From NCBI GenBank assembly GCA_965222075.1, contig OZ244937.1, forward strand, positions 224,001 through 288,000: a stretch of 64,000 bases of DNA. Direction: 5' to 3'. Under the pieces are notes generated by a model. The model saw nothing but the letters and a program-made list of their open reading frames with translations, was not told the DNA's origin and did not search any database. This document shows, in pieces, positions 1 through 10,155 of the stretch; within the stretch, counting starts at the first letter, position 1, and each line of letters opens with the position of its first letter. The stretch is from Candidatus Latescibacterota bacterium. GTDB lineage: Bacteria; Latescibacterota; UBA2968; GCA-2709665. A program made the translations under genes and the position numbers.

Positions 1-1099
1 CCATCATCTCTACCGGTTGCGGGCCGCGGGTCCCGCCGAGATGACCAAGGAGAGGTCTCTCGACGTCAGGGTGGCGGAGGATGCGGCTACGTGGATTGCT
101 GAAAAGCGGCCCTCCGATCGTCCCTGGATTCTGATCGCCAATTTCAACGATATCCACTCACGGGACCCGTCGCAGGAGCTATGGGACCACTACGATCCTC
201 TGGTTCAGGTAGAAGACCTGGACAAACGTTACTTTGAAGATCTGTCGCGTCTCCATCCCCATCACCAGATCTGGAGCCGCCGCACCTGCGCCGACCTGAT
301 CCAGCCTGAGGAGCTGCGACGTGGGTTGGTCGGTTATCACGGCGTGTGTGAGGCGATGGATCAGAAGGTGGGCCGCGTGCTGCAGGCGCTTGAGCGGGCG
401 CGCCTCTTGGAGAAGACCCTCGTGATCTATGCCTCCGACCACGGCGGGAGCTGCGGGGAGCACCGCACCCTGGACCACGGGCACGTCTACGAAGAGGCGA
501 TCCGGGTCGTCTTCGTCGCGTCCGGCCCTGGCCTCCGTTCCGGGGCGGTGGTATCCACGCCGGTCTCGCACGTCGATATGTATGCTACGATCTGCCAGGC
601 CCTCGGACTGGATCTGCCCGAACAGATGCGGGGTGTCTCGTTGATGGGTCTGCTTCGTGGAGAGCAGGATGCACCCAGGCCCACCTTCACACTCACCGAG
701 TACCACGGGGGCGGCATGCCCGGGGGTTTGTTCGCGATCCGGTCGGGACCCTACAAATTCGTGGAGTGCGTGGGAGAGCGCTCCATCCTCTTCAACCTGC
801 AGGAGGATCCTCTCGAGATGCACGACCTGGTGGCGGAGCGTCCGGGGGACCCCGAAGTAGAGGCCAACGTGCGGCGACTGCGCCGGATGCTCTGTGAGGT
901 CTGTTCCCCTGAGGCGGTGGACGCACGGGCCAAGGCAGACCAAAGGGCGCTTCGTCGCAGACTCACCGAGAGCGGCCAGATTCTCGACGACCTGTATCGT
1001 TTCGGATACGAGAGAAATCCGGAGCGTCTCATCGACCGGCCGGAATGTCTGGAACGTCAGGAGTTTCAACTCCCCGGGGGCCAGACCCCAACCTGCTGA
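1..1099 (+). CDS. Sulfatase-family protein (choline-sulfatase-like clade), 5'-truncated by window edge; paralog 1 of 4
   Basis: Frame is open from position 2 (HHLYRLRAAGPA...). Contains ASDHGG and the C-terminal CSPEAVDARAKADQR shared with 34267, 42039 and 48545. Confidence 0.88.
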   Translation, partial: HHLYRLRAAGPAEMTKERSLDVRVAEDAATWIAEKRPSDRPWILIANFNDIHSRDPSQELWDHYDPLVQVEDLDKRYFEDLSRLHPHHQIWSRRTCADLIQPEELRRGLVGYHGVCEAMDQKVGRVLQALERARLLEKTLVIYASDHGGSCGEHRTLDHGHVYEEAIRVVFVASGPGLRSGAVVSTPVSHVDMYATICQALGLDLPEQMRGVSLMGLLRGEQDAPRPTFTLTEYHGGGMPGGLFAIRSGPYKFVECVGERSILFNLQEDPLEMHDLVAERPGDPEVEANVRRLRRMLCEVCSPEAVDARAKADQRALRRRLTESGQILDDLYRFGYERNPERLIDRPECLERQEFQLPGGQTPTC

Positions 1100-1224
1100 T
1101 GACCCGGCCGCAGGCCGCGTGGAGCTGGGACGGGAGGTACGCCATATTCAACGGTGACGCCACGGGGGGGGCGCAGATCTATCTGATCGATGTGGCGTCC
1201 TTCCTTCAGGCCGGAAACCTTTGA
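1099..1224 (+). pseudogene. 41-aa mini-ORF resembling the last blade of a TolB/oligogalacturonate-lyase-like beta-propeller (gene remnant)
   Basis: TGATG overlap with upstream stop. Translates MTRPQAAWSWDGRYAIFNGDATGGAQIYLIDV, similar to the PD40-type motif P.WS.DG..I.F.SD..G..QIY. Confidence 0.55.
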
Positions 1225-1265
1225 CCGGCCGCACCCCTTGCAGGGGGCCAGGGGAGTCCAAAACC

Positions 1266-2240
1266 ATGCCCAACATTATCCAGGAGGCCATCAAAGGGGA
1301 TGCCTTTCTCGCGAGAGACTACGTCGATGAGCTCATCGATGAACCGCAGATCTACCCGCCGTCGGAAACGATTGAGGAAATCCACGACAGAATAGAAGAG
1401 GTGTTTCTGGAGGCCTCGCTGTTCAAAAACGCCTACGCCGACCTGGACATATTGGATGGATCGCTGGAAGGGCATATCTTCAAGCTAGATTACCGGCTCA
1501 AACGGGACTACAGGGCACACGCATACTTCAAAAGGCGAGAAGATCGGTCTTCCAGTTCCAAGTGTGTCTCACTGATCATCCCCGGCAGCAGAAACAACTC
1601 ATCCTCCTCGACCTTTCGAAAGGATCCAAACAGCAACCACGGAAACATTCTTGCGGTTACGGAGAAGTACGGCGACACGTTCATCTACATCAAACCGAAT
1701 CAGGACATCCTGGCCATACACAACGGCAGAAACAAACTGGACGTGCGTTCTCTCATCGCCTATCTCCTCAACCGGGGCGGGTCCTACGCAGCTCACTACA
1801 TCACCAGCTGTATGGCTATCACCAGGTATCTGCAAAGCCGCTACGACAAGGTCTTTGTCATCGGACTCTCCCAGGGGGGGGCCGCTACACTTTACAGTTC
1901 CTTGCAGTCCAAGCCCACGGCCGCGGTTGTCGCGTCCGGGTTCTCGGTAATCAACCAGACCTACTACAGGTGGTCGATCAACCAGATCATCATCCCCGGC
2001 CTGGATGTCGATTTCGGCCTGGAAGAGATCCGCACCATCATCAAAGAATCGCCAACCCGGTACCTGTTCGTCTGGGGGAAGCAGGAACAGGGAGCCTACA
2101 GAATCGAATCCGAAGAGGGCTACACCGGTCACTTTTTTCAGGGACTGGATAACGTGGCATGCATCGCCCACGAAGGGGGTCACATCTACCCTCAGGATGT
2201 GGTGGATCGTTTCTTGCACCAGCAATTGCGCCGGGATTGA
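1266..2240 (+). CDS. Alpha/beta-hydrolase fold protein
   Basis: GLSQGG nucleophile elbow and C-terminal HEGGH. ATG at 1266 follows GGGGAG. Confidence 0.7.
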   Translation: MPNIIQEAIKGDAFLARDYVDELIDEPQIYPPSETIEEIHDRIEEVFLEASLFKNAYADLDILDGSLEGHIFKLDYRLKRDYRAHAYFKRREDRSSSSKCVSLIIPGSRNNSSSSTFRKDPNSNHGNILAVTEKYGDTFIYIKPNQDILAIHNGRNKLDVRSLIAYLLNRGGSYAAHYITSCMAITRYLQSRYDKVFVIGLSQGGAATLYSSLQSKPTAAVVASGFSVINQTYYRWSINQIIIPGLDVDFGLEEIRTIIKESPTRYLFVWGKQEQGAYRIESEEGYTGHFFQGLDNVACIAHEGGHIYPQDVVDRFLHQQLRRD

Positions 2241-2301
2241 AATGCGGGGTGGACTCACCAAAATCATCATCTGTTTGAACCACTGACAGAGGGAGTGACT
2301 G

Positions 2302-2685
2302 ATGGGCAAACACGAAATAAAGCATCCGGACAAGCGTGTCGAGACCGGGGCCTACTCGGCGGCCGTAGAGATAGATGGATGGGTCTACGTGAGCGGGCAT
2401 GGCGCGGTCGACATGGCAACCGGCGAGGTCGTAGAGGGAGACATCGAGCTCCATACGCGCATGACCCTGGAGCACATCCGGACGGTGTTGGCCGAGGCAG
2501 GCTGCTCGATGGACGATGTGGTGAAATGCACCATTCACCTCTCGAATATGGACGATTTTGAAACGTACAACCGGGTCTACGCCGAATTCTTCACGGGCGT
2601 TCGCCCGGCAAGGACGACGGTGCAGTCGACGCTTGGAAAGGGACTGCTCGTAGAGATCGATGTGGTCGCCCGAAAGCCGGGGTGA
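2302..2685 (+). CDS. RidA/YjgF/UK114 family enamine/imine deaminase
   Basis: 127 aa with YSAAV...VYVSG, NRVYAEFF, RPARTTV and LVEIDVVA signature segments. Confidence 0.92.
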   Translation: MGKHEIKHPDKRVETGAYSAAVEIDGWVYVSGHGAVDMATGEVVEGDIELHTRMTLEHIRTVLAEAGCSMDDVVKCTIHLSNMDDFETYNRVYAEFFTGVRPARTTVQSTLGKGLLVEIDVVARKPG

Positions 2686-2863
2686 CCGGACTTCCTGTTC
2701 AAAAGTAGGGTCGAAAGCGGTGATTTCGAACCTTCGGATGAAAGCCTGCGGACCTTCGCTTTCCGCCACGCCCGGGATGTGGCCGGGGATGAGAAGCGGC
2801 TTGAACGCTGACGCGCACAATAGGACTTGAGGGTTACTTGTTCCATAAGGAGGAAATTCTGCC

Positions 2864-4507
2864 GTGTCATCACTACTTTCGACGTTGGCTTCTACCTCTG
2901 GAAATATGGGCAACCATAAACAGGTCGAGTTGCGACAGATTGCAGGTTTGAGCGGGATCGTACCGGCGTGGTGGATATCGACTGCTGGCAGTGAGGTGAG
3001 CGGCGCAGACGCGTGGACCTGCCTGAAAAATGAGATAGAGGCACCCGGCAAGCGGACCGGGGACCTGAGGTGGTTTCCGTTCGCGAACGGCGAACTCTAC
3101 GGGATTCAGCCCCAGAAGGTGTGGGAGGAGATGGGACGTCCCGATCACCCTACGGCTTTTGTAGCTGCCTGTATCTTCTCCCCCGGTCCCGCCGAAGCCT
3201 CGTATCGCTTTGATACATTGTCCAATTACCGCCTCTGGGTAAACGGCAAGAAGGCAGCAGATCGATGGGAGGACGATCTACCCACGCTGGACAAGGGGGA
3301 GATATCCGTGAGATTGGTCGAGGGGCTCAACGGGGTCATCCTGGAAATGCCGTCGCTGATTTTCAAGGACAAGCTCGTCCTTTGCGGCAGGATCAGCACG
3401 CCCGAAGACGGTGAGATGGATGGGATAAAGTCCCTTGCGCCTGTCGGAGAAAGCGACGCGACAGGCGACGGGGGGGATCCCGCTTTCAACTTCTCCCCAT
3501 TTGAGACCTTCAACCGGCTCGCCGCCAAAGAGCCCCTGATGCGCTTTAAGGGGGATGGGCCGGAAGATTTCGAGGCCTGGAAGGCGCAATTTAAGGCGAA
3601 GGTCCTGGAGCTTGTGGGGGACTTTCCAGAGCCTGTGCCGCTGGACCCTCAGGTCGTCGAAAGGACCTCATCGGATGGGATCACCCGTGAAAAGGTCGTG
3701 ATCCAGACGCACGAGGGGGTCCACCTCCCTCTCTACCTCCTCGTCCCCGAGGAGAACCGGGACGGGCAGGCCATCGTGGCCCTTCACGGCCACGGAGGTC
3801 GCGGGGGATACGGCAAGGAACAGGTCGCGGGGGTGATAGGAGATGACAGCGTGCTTCAAAGGCAGATCAGGCGGTTGGACTACAATTATGGACTCCGTTT
3901 TGCACAGGAGGGATACATCACGATCACGCCCGACTTCCGGTCGTTTGGAGAACGGACCGAGGCCCTTCCACGGTCGAATTACGATCCCTGCGACGTCAAC
4001 TTCTTCCGATATGCCTGCTACGATAGGGAGAACTTTATAAGGTACCAGATCTGGGATGGGATGCGTGCGATCGACTACCTGATGAGTCGAGAGGAGGTGA
4101 ATCCCGACCGGGTCGGGCTTACCGGGCTCTCATACGGGGGACGGATGACGATGTACATAGGGGCTCTGGATAAAAGGATGAAAGTCTGTGTGGCCAGTGG
4201 CGCGATGAATTTCCTCAAGGAGAGGAAAACGATAGGAATAATCTGTGGCTCTCAGACCCTGCCCGGACTTTTGACCTACGGCGATACGAGAGAGATCTTT
4301 GGGCTGATCGCCCCTCGCCCGCTCCTGATGCAGTTGGGCACGAACGATGCGACCTCTCCGGTACTCTATGCGCCGGAGATCGACGGAGATTTGGGAAGGA
4401 TCTATCGGAGTGCAGGTGATGAATCCAGGTACGATCTGGATGTCTTCCATTCTAAACATCGGTATAACTTCGAAACAGCTCTCAGATGGTTCAGGAGATG
4501 GCTTTAG
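2864..4507 (+). CDS. Alpha/beta-hydrolase (dienelactone hydrolase/acetylxylan esterase-like) with N-terminal beta-sandwich domain
   Basis: LHGHGG, PDFRSFGER, GLSYGG and C-terminal His. RBS AAGGAGG before GTG. Confidence 0.8.
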   Translation: MSSLLSTLASTSGNMGNHKQVELRQIAGLSGIVPAWWISTAGSEVSGADAWTCLKNEIEAPGKRTGDLRWFPFANGELYGIQPQKVWEEMGRPDHPTAFVAACIFSPGPAEASYRFDTLSNYRLWVNGKKAADRWEDDLPTLDKGEISVRLVEGLNGVILEMPSLIFKDKLVLCGRISTPEDGEMDGIKSLAPVGESDATGDGGDPAFNFSPFETFNRLAAKEPLMRFKGDGPEDFEAWKAQFKAKVLELVGDFPEPVPLDPQVVERTSSDGITREKVVIQTHEGVHLPLYLLVPEENRDGQAIVALHGHGGRGGYGKEQVAGVIGDDSVLQRQIRRLDYNYGLRFAQEGYITITPDFRSFGERTEALPRSNYDPCDVNFFRYACYDRENFIRYQIWDGMRAIDYLMSREEVNPDRVGLTGLSYGGRMTMYIGALDKRMKVCVASGAMNFLKERKTIGIICGSQTLPGLLTYGDTREIFGLIAPRPLLMQLGTNDATSPVLYAPEIDGDLGRIYRSAGDESRYDLDVFHSKHRYNFETALRWFRRWL

Positions 4508-4528
4508 CACCCCCGGAACTGGGATAGA

Positions 4529-5443
4529 ATGATGATGGCGAAAAAGAGAAACATCCTGGAATTGCTAAAGGAGAACTTTGTCTTGGGCGACGGCGGCTAC
4601 CTTGAGGAGGCGAAATTTCGAGGATATAGTACGCCCCGGGTGATCGTGGAGTTTCCGGAAGTTCTGCGCCAGATCCACGTGGACTTTTTTCGTGCGGGGG
4701 CGCAGGTGCTGCAGGCGTTGACCTGGTGGACCACGCGCAGCCATCTGGAGAAACGCAAACAGCAGGACTGGGGCGACCGGGTGGAGGAGATCAACCGGAC
4801 GGCGGTCCAGTTGGCGAAGGAGGCGGCTGGAGACGAGGCGCTGGTGGCCGGCTGCGTGGCCCGGACGGGGTTATTCGATCCGGAGGACCGGTCGTCGCAC
4901 GATGCGGTCCGTGCAGAGTGGAACGAGCAGGCCGGTGTGATGGTGGATGAGGGCGTGGACATGCTCATCTGCGAGGCATTTCTTTCACTCGAGGAGGCCC
5001 GGATCGCTCTGGCCTGTTGTAAAAAAATCGGGGTTCCGACGATGGTGTGGATGAGCGGTACCATCTGGCTGCAGAATACGTCAAAAGCCCCGACGACAGA
5101 AACGGCATCTCCGAAAGAATGCGCACGCGTCCTGGTGGAAGAAGGAGCGGACGTCGTCGGGATGAACTGCGGGATGGAGCCGCACGCCATGTGGCCGCTG
5201 GTGCTGGAGATGCGGGAGGCGGTGGATGTCCCCATCGCGTTCCATCCGAGCGGATACAGGAGGAGTGCCCCCGGATGGCGGCCCATCCGGGAATCTATGG
5301 TTGTTCCGGGCATCGAAATGGCCGACTATGCCCTTCGGGCAAAGAAGCACGGGATCAACTTTGTTGGGGGTTGCTGCGCCGCCGGTCCCGAGGTCATCCG
5401 GGTGATGGCGCAGGCGCTGGGATGTGAGCGGTATCCGATCTGA
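4529..5443 (+). CDS. Homocysteine S-methyltransferase family (BHMT-like) protein
   Basis: LGDGG, IHVDFFRAGA, GMNC and GGCC zinc ligands. Confidence 0.9.
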   Translation: MMMAKKRNILELLKENFVLGDGGYLEEAKFRGYSTPRVIVEFPEVLRQIHVDFFRAGAQVLQALTWWTTRSHLEKRKQQDWGDRVEEINRTAVQLAKEAAGDEALVAGCVARTGLFDPEDRSSHDAVRAEWNEQAGVMVDEGVDMLICEAFLSLEEARIALACCKKIGVPTMVWMSGTIWLQNTSKAPTTETASPKECARVLVEEGADVVGMNCGMEPHAMWPLVLEMREAVDVPIAFHPSGYRRSAPGWRPIRESMVVPGIEMADYALRAKKHGINFVGGCCAAGPEVIRVMAQALGCERYPI

Positions 5444-5565
5444 ATCGGCGGGCAGGTCCGTCGGTGCGGCACCTGCGCCCGTCGCTTTACCCCTGCCCGC
5501 TTGAGAACCCAAAGGACCTGCGTGTCGACAGGATGTTGAGATTTTCGGACAAAGGAGCCAGGCCG

Positions 5566-7029
5566 ATGGCGAGAAGTCCCAACCTGGTGTTTATCTTTCC
5601 TGACCAGCAGCGGGTGGATATGATGTCGTGTTACGGCAACGACCGCATCCGCACACCGAATCTCAACGCACTGGCCGGAGAGAGTTTCGTATTCAGACAT
5701 GCCTATGCGAGCCAGCCGATCTGTGGACCTGCGCGTTCGACGATTTTGACGGGGCTGTATCCGCATACCAATGGCTGTATTACAAATATCGTCCCCCTCC
5801 GTCCGGAAACGCAAACCATTGCCGAGATGGTCTCTGAGGACTATATCTGCGGGTACTTCGGCAAGTGGGACCTCGGCGACGATACGGTTCCCCAACACGG
5901 GTTTGAGAAGCGGGTGAGTATGGAAGACGGAAGGGGTTATCGTTCCAGCTATTCGAAGAAAGAATATCTCTCCCGCCTCAGCGACTACCATTATTTCCTG
6001 ATTGAAAACGGGTTCGTGCCGGACATTGAGGTGGTGGGGGCTAAGGTCTTCAGCCGTCGGCTGGCGGCGAGGCTGCCGGAGCGGTTTACGAAGGCGGCCT
6101 TCCTCGGGCGCGAGGCTGCGCGTTTTATCCGGGAGAACCGCGAGCGGCCCTTTATGCTCTACGTGAGTTTCCTCGAGCCGCACATGCCCTATACCGGTCC
6201 TTTCGACGATCTCTATTCCCCCGAGGAGATTCCCACAGGTCCCCACTTTCTGCAAAGACCCCCGCAGAATGCCTCCGCCGCTCACCGGCTGCTGGCGGAC
6301 CGTTTCTTGCAGTTTGAGTATGAGGGGCACGATCTGAGGACAGAGGTGGGCTGGCGGAAGCTGCGGGCGCAATACTGGGGTCTCGTGGTGCTCATGGACC
6401 GTGCGGTTGGGGAAATCCTCCGAGCGCTGGACGAGACGGGGGTGAGCGAGGACACGATTGCCGTGTTTACGAGCGACCATGGAGATTTGTTGGGCGACCA
6501 TTGCATCCTCGACAAATGCGTGCTGTATGAGGAGGCGGTCAGCGTTCCGCTGGTTGTGCGGGTGCCCTGGCTGGGGCGCCAGCAGCGGCTGTTGGAGGGA
6601 CGGATCAGCCAGGTCGATCTGGTACCGACGTTGCTCGATCTGATGGCTCAGCCGGTTCCCGGTGACTTGCAAGGGGAGAGCCGTGCGGGGGTGATTCGTG
6701 GGGAGACAACCCTGGAAGGGAACGACGTTTTTATCGAGTGGAATAGCCGCAGAGGCCGGTGGCTTCCCAGCATCGCCGCGGACAAAGAGGCCATACGTAT
6801 CCTGGAGCTGCCGTGGCGGACGGTGGTGTCGGCTGAGGGATGGAAGCTGAATCTGAGCCTGGAGGACCAGTGCGAGTTCTATGATTTGAACGCCGATCCG
6901 TACGAACAGATGAATCTGTTTGACCAACCGGCGCAGAGAGGTCGGATTCGGGAACTGACCGAACGGATCAGGCGCTGGCAGAGGGATACAGAAGACAGCG
7001 CGCCGCTTCCAGAGGGATGGGGACCCTGA
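5566..7029 (+). CDS. Formylglycine-type sulfatase-family protein
   Basis: PNLVFIFPDQQR, PICGPARSTILTG (CxPxR), SDHGD. RBS AAGGAG. Confidence 0.92.
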   Translation: MARSPNLVFIFPDQQRVDMMSCYGNDRIRTPNLNALAGESFVFRHAYASQPICGPARSTILTGLYPHTNGCITNIVPLRPETQTIAEMVSEDYICGYFGKWDLGDDTVPQHGFEKRVSMEDGRGYRSSYSKKEYLSRLSDYHYFLIENGFVPDIEVVGAKVFSRRLAARLPERFTKAAFLGREAARFIRENRERPFMLYVSFLEPHMPYTGPFDDLYSPEEIPTGPHFLQRPPQNASAAHRLLADRFLQFEYEGHDLRTEVGWRKLRAQYWGLVVLMDRAVGEILRALDETGVSEDTIAVFTSDHGDLLGDHCILDKCVLYEEAVSVPLVVRVPWLGRQQRLLEGRISQVDLVPTLLDLMAQPVPGDLQGESRAGVIRGETTLEGNDVFIEWNSRRGRWLPSIAADKEAIRILELPWRTVVSAEGWKLNLSLEDQCEFYDLNADPYEQMNLFDQPAQRGRIRELTERIRRWQRDTEDSAPLPEGWGP

Positions 7030-7104
7030 GCGCCCGTGACTGCGTGAGGATGGACCTCTGCATCAAACATGGGCCATTTCTTGTCAATCTGGCATAAAGG
7101 AGGG

Positions 7105-9363
7105 ATGGTGCGACAACCGACCCCCAAGCGCGTCAGCATAACGATCCGACCAGTGCCTGGGAACGAGCCCGACACCCTCGATGTTGCCTTCCGGGGAGTG
7201 GACGGATCCCAGGCGCGTGGTCCTGAATTGACCTTGCCCGCAGGCAAAGTAGGGTCCTGGGAGATCACCGCTACTGCGGCCGATACAGTTGCTGCCGGCG
7301 GCGGTTTCCTCTTCCAGCGATACACCTTTCTGTTCTCCCACCGCATCCAGGACTATAACCCTCAGGGCCGCGACTTTGTGACGCTGGAGAGCCACGCCGA
7401 CGCTGAGCTGCGTCTGATTGTCAACTCGGCCAGGCAGTCGCACTTCCCGAGCTTCGCCCAGGTCCTGGTCGAGAAGGGAGAAATGAAGTCCGGGGACAGC
7501 TTCGTCATCCGGATCGGGGACCGCAGTCAGGGCGGTCTGGGCAGTGAGGTCTACGACGTGACGACGCTGGGCAGGATCGAGGGGTCTGTGGACCGGGACG
7601 GGGGCGGAACATACCGGCAACTGGCGTGCAACCCGGCCAGGATCCTGATTACTTCGGACCCCCGGGTGGCGCTGCTGCGGGTGCTGGGGCCGTCCATCGT
7701 ACCGCCCGGTGAACGGTTTGCTCTGCACCTCGTCGCTTTCGATGCCCATCACAACGCCTGCGAGCAGTACGAGGGCGAGGTGAAGCTCTCTGCGGAGGAA
7801 GGCTTGTTTGAGGGGCTCCCGGCCTCGGTCTCCTTCGGCCGGAAGGACAGGGGGATTCTGATCCTGGAAGGGATTCGGATCGGGGAGCCGGGATGCTTTC
7901 GCCTGACCGCGACCGACGCGGAGCACCACCTTCAGGCCCTGAGCAATCCCATCCTCTGTCAGGAGAACTCCGAGCGCCTGCTGCTGTGGGGCGAATTCCA
8001 CTGCCATACCTACGGTGACGCCGTGATGGGGCTCATAGACGACCCCAATTTCAAGCTCCATCCCGCCGGGCGTCACGAGCAGGGGCGCCGCATCGGGCGC
8101 TACGATTTCCTGGCCCCCGGTCCGATGGCCCCGCAGGACCCCTCCGAGCGACCGGAAATCTGGGAGGATCACCAGCAGGCCTATCGTGAAAACGACGAGC
8201 CCGGCCGGTATGTCCCGTTTCTGGCGTCGGAGGTCCACACCAGGCCGGGGGGTGACCGAAACATGGTCTTCCGAGATTGGTCGGACAGCTATTACTCACC
8301 CGCACACGGCAACTGCCGCATGGACGATGTGATGGCGGCCTACGCGAACCGTGAGGATGTGATCTTAGAGGCCCACATCGGCGGGGGTCCACCCGATTGG
8401 GAGGCATACAAAACCGAACACGAACCCCTGCTCGAGATCGCCAGCGGCCACGGCAGTTTTGAATGGGTGCTCCAGCGAGCCCTCAACCACGGATATCGCC
8501 CCGCCATCATCGGGTCTGGAGACACCCACCTGCCCACCGCCGGGTCACCCATGGCCGCCCACAGTTTCAGAGGCCGGTTCAATAAAGAGCTGAACTTACG
8601 GGACACCGGCTTCGGGAGTGGCCCGGCGGCCGCCGTTTTGGCGGAGCGGTGCGAGCGGAACGCCATCTGGAAGGCGGTCCGGGAGCGGCGCACATATGCC
8701 ACCACCGGTGCCCGCATCATCCTCAACGTGACCGTCAACGGACACCGCAGTGGAAGCGAAATCGACCTCACCGGCCCTGCCAAGATCGCCGTCAAAGCCC
8801 ACGCCTGCGCACCCGTCGAACGGGTCGACCTCATCCGCAACGACCGCTGTCTGCACTCCTGGTATCCCGAGGCGCTCGATATCAACCTTACCCACGTCGA
8901 TGAGAAGCCGCTGCGCGGCGGGGCGTACTATGTGCGCCTCCGTCAGACCGACGGGGAATACGCCTGGAGCACGCCGGTGTGGACGCACTGTTCTGGGGGG
9001 GCCGAGACTCCCGACGACACCCTGCCGCTGTGGAACGCCCACGAGGCCGTGGACCTGTCCGGACTGCGTCCCAACGCAGCGGAGGCTCACGAGGCGGCGC
9101 TTCGCCGGTATCTGGAGGTGGAGGAGGATATCGGACAGTTTCACGACATTACGCCGGTGGGGATCGTGGAGGAGGTGCCGGGGAGGTCCGCGCTGTTTTA
9201 CGGGTATTTCGGCCCCGGTCGGGATCTGGTCAGCATCCGGTGGTATTTTGAGTTTGACATGCCCAGAATCCACCTGGACTGGGGCTGGCGGGACTTCGGG
9301 CTGCGACCTACAGGGGGTGGCGGGCGGCCCTCCTCTCACAGGACGAAGACAGGGCGCCATTAA
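7105..9363 (+). CDS. PHP-like (DUF3604/CehA-McbA-like) metallohydrolase; paralog of 54252
   Basis: WGEFHCH, SEVH, LLEIASGHG, GSGDTH and RRTYATTGARI motifs. Colinear with 54252-56492. Confidence 0.72.
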   Translation: MVRQPTPKRVSITIRPVPGNEPDTLDVAFRGVDGSQARGPELTLPAGKVGSWEITATAADTVAAGGGFLFQRYTFLFSHRIQDYNPQGRDFVTLESHADAELRLIVNSARQSHFPSFAQVLVEKGEMKSGDSFVIRIGDRSQGGLGSEVYDVTTLGRIEGSVDRDGGGTYRQLACNPARILITSDPRVALLRVLGPSIVPPGERFALHLVAFDAHHNACEQYEGEVKLSAEEGLFEGLPASVSFGRKDRGILILEGIRIGEPGCFRLTATDAEHHLQALSNPILCQENSERLLLWGEFHCHTYGDAVMGLIDDPNFKLHPAGRHEQGRRIGRYDFLAPGPMAPQDPSERPEIWEDHQQAYRENDEPGRYVPFLASEVHTRPGGDRNMVFRDWSDSYYSPAHGNCRMDDVMAAYANREDVILEAHIGGGPPDWEAYKTEHEPLLEIASGHGSFEWVLQRALNHGYRPAIIGSGDTHLPTAGSPMAAHSFRGRFNKELNLRDTGFGSGPAAAVLAERCERNAIWKAVRERRTYATTGARIILNVTVNGHRSGSEIDLTGPAKIAVKAHACAPVERVDLIRNDRCLHSWYPEALDINLTHVDEKPLRGGAYYVRLRQTDGEYAWSTPVWTHCSGGAETPDDTLPLWNAHEAVDLSGLRPNAAEAHEAALRRYLEVEEDIGQFHDITPVGIVEEVPGRSALFYGYFGPGRDLVSIRWYFEFDMPRIHLDWGWRDFGLRPTGGGGRPSSHRTKTGRH

Positions 9364-9410
9364 CGGCCAGTGTGGAGACCATAGTCTGGATCACGAATGG
9401 AGGATAACAG

Positions 9411-10141
9411 ATGGAATATCGATTCATGGGAAAGACGGGCCTGAAGGTCTCCGAGATCTGCTTCGGACCGGGAAACAACAACGTGACGGACGACCGCGAA
9501 GGAATGGAAATGATCTAGGCGGCGTTCGACATGGGCATCATGCTCTACGATACGTCCAACGTCGAGAAAGGCGGCAAGGTAGAGGAGTGGCTCGGGAAGG
9601 TGTTTAACGGCCGGCGGGACGAGGTGTGATTGCGCCGAAGTTCTCCAGAGACGCCACCCGAAAGCATATCGTGCGAGAGTGCGAGAAGAGCCTCAAGCGG
9701 TTAAAGACCGACTGCATCGATATCTACCGGTTCCACTTCTGGCAGCCGACTGTGGCCCTCGAGGAGAGCCTGGAGGCGCTCACGGTGCTGGTGCAGCAGG
9801 GAAAGATCCTCTACACCGGGTGTTGCTCGTTCAAGACCTACCAGATCGCCAACGCCCTGCGCATCTCGGAGCGATACGGCTTCACGAAGCTTGTGGCAAT
9901 CGGTGCGCGCTACTCCCTCCTGGGCCAGGACCCTGTCGCACGGACACGGTATCCGCTCATGGAGGTGCAGGAGTTCGACCTGCTTCCGTTCCTCGAGGAG
10001 GAGCAGCTCGGGTTCATTCCCTTCCGGGTGCTGGCGGGAGGGCTTCTGACGGGCAAATACAAACCGGGCGAGCCAGTCCCGCCGGGCAGCCGGTATGCCG
10101 GCTCAAAGCACACCCCACCCAATATCCCGCTTCCGACATAA
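9411..10141 (+). pseudogene. Aldo/keto reductase pseudogene
   Basis: Starts [19 protein letters not shown]. In-frame TAG at 9516-9518, frameshift near 9625, resumes as SLKRLKTDCIDIY...LAGGLLTGKY, and lacks the C-terminal third. Confidence 0.85.
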
Positions 10142-10155
10142 GGAGGAGATCTCTC

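Noticed and set aside
2690-2812. Short frame FLFKSRVESGDFEPSDESLRTFAF resembling a Nudix C-terminus
   Set aside because: Too short, with no Nudix box. Cannot be supported without a search.
9516-9518. In-frame TAG in the AKR gene as possible pyrrolysine or stop-codon recoding
   Set aside because: The same gene also has a frameshift and truncation, and TAG ends many intact genes here.
9679-10155. N-terminal extensions in the ORF track (9679, 30400, 41751, 59339, 5464)
   Set aside because: They overlap upstream genes or remnants. Paralog alignment and RBS positions indicate later starts.
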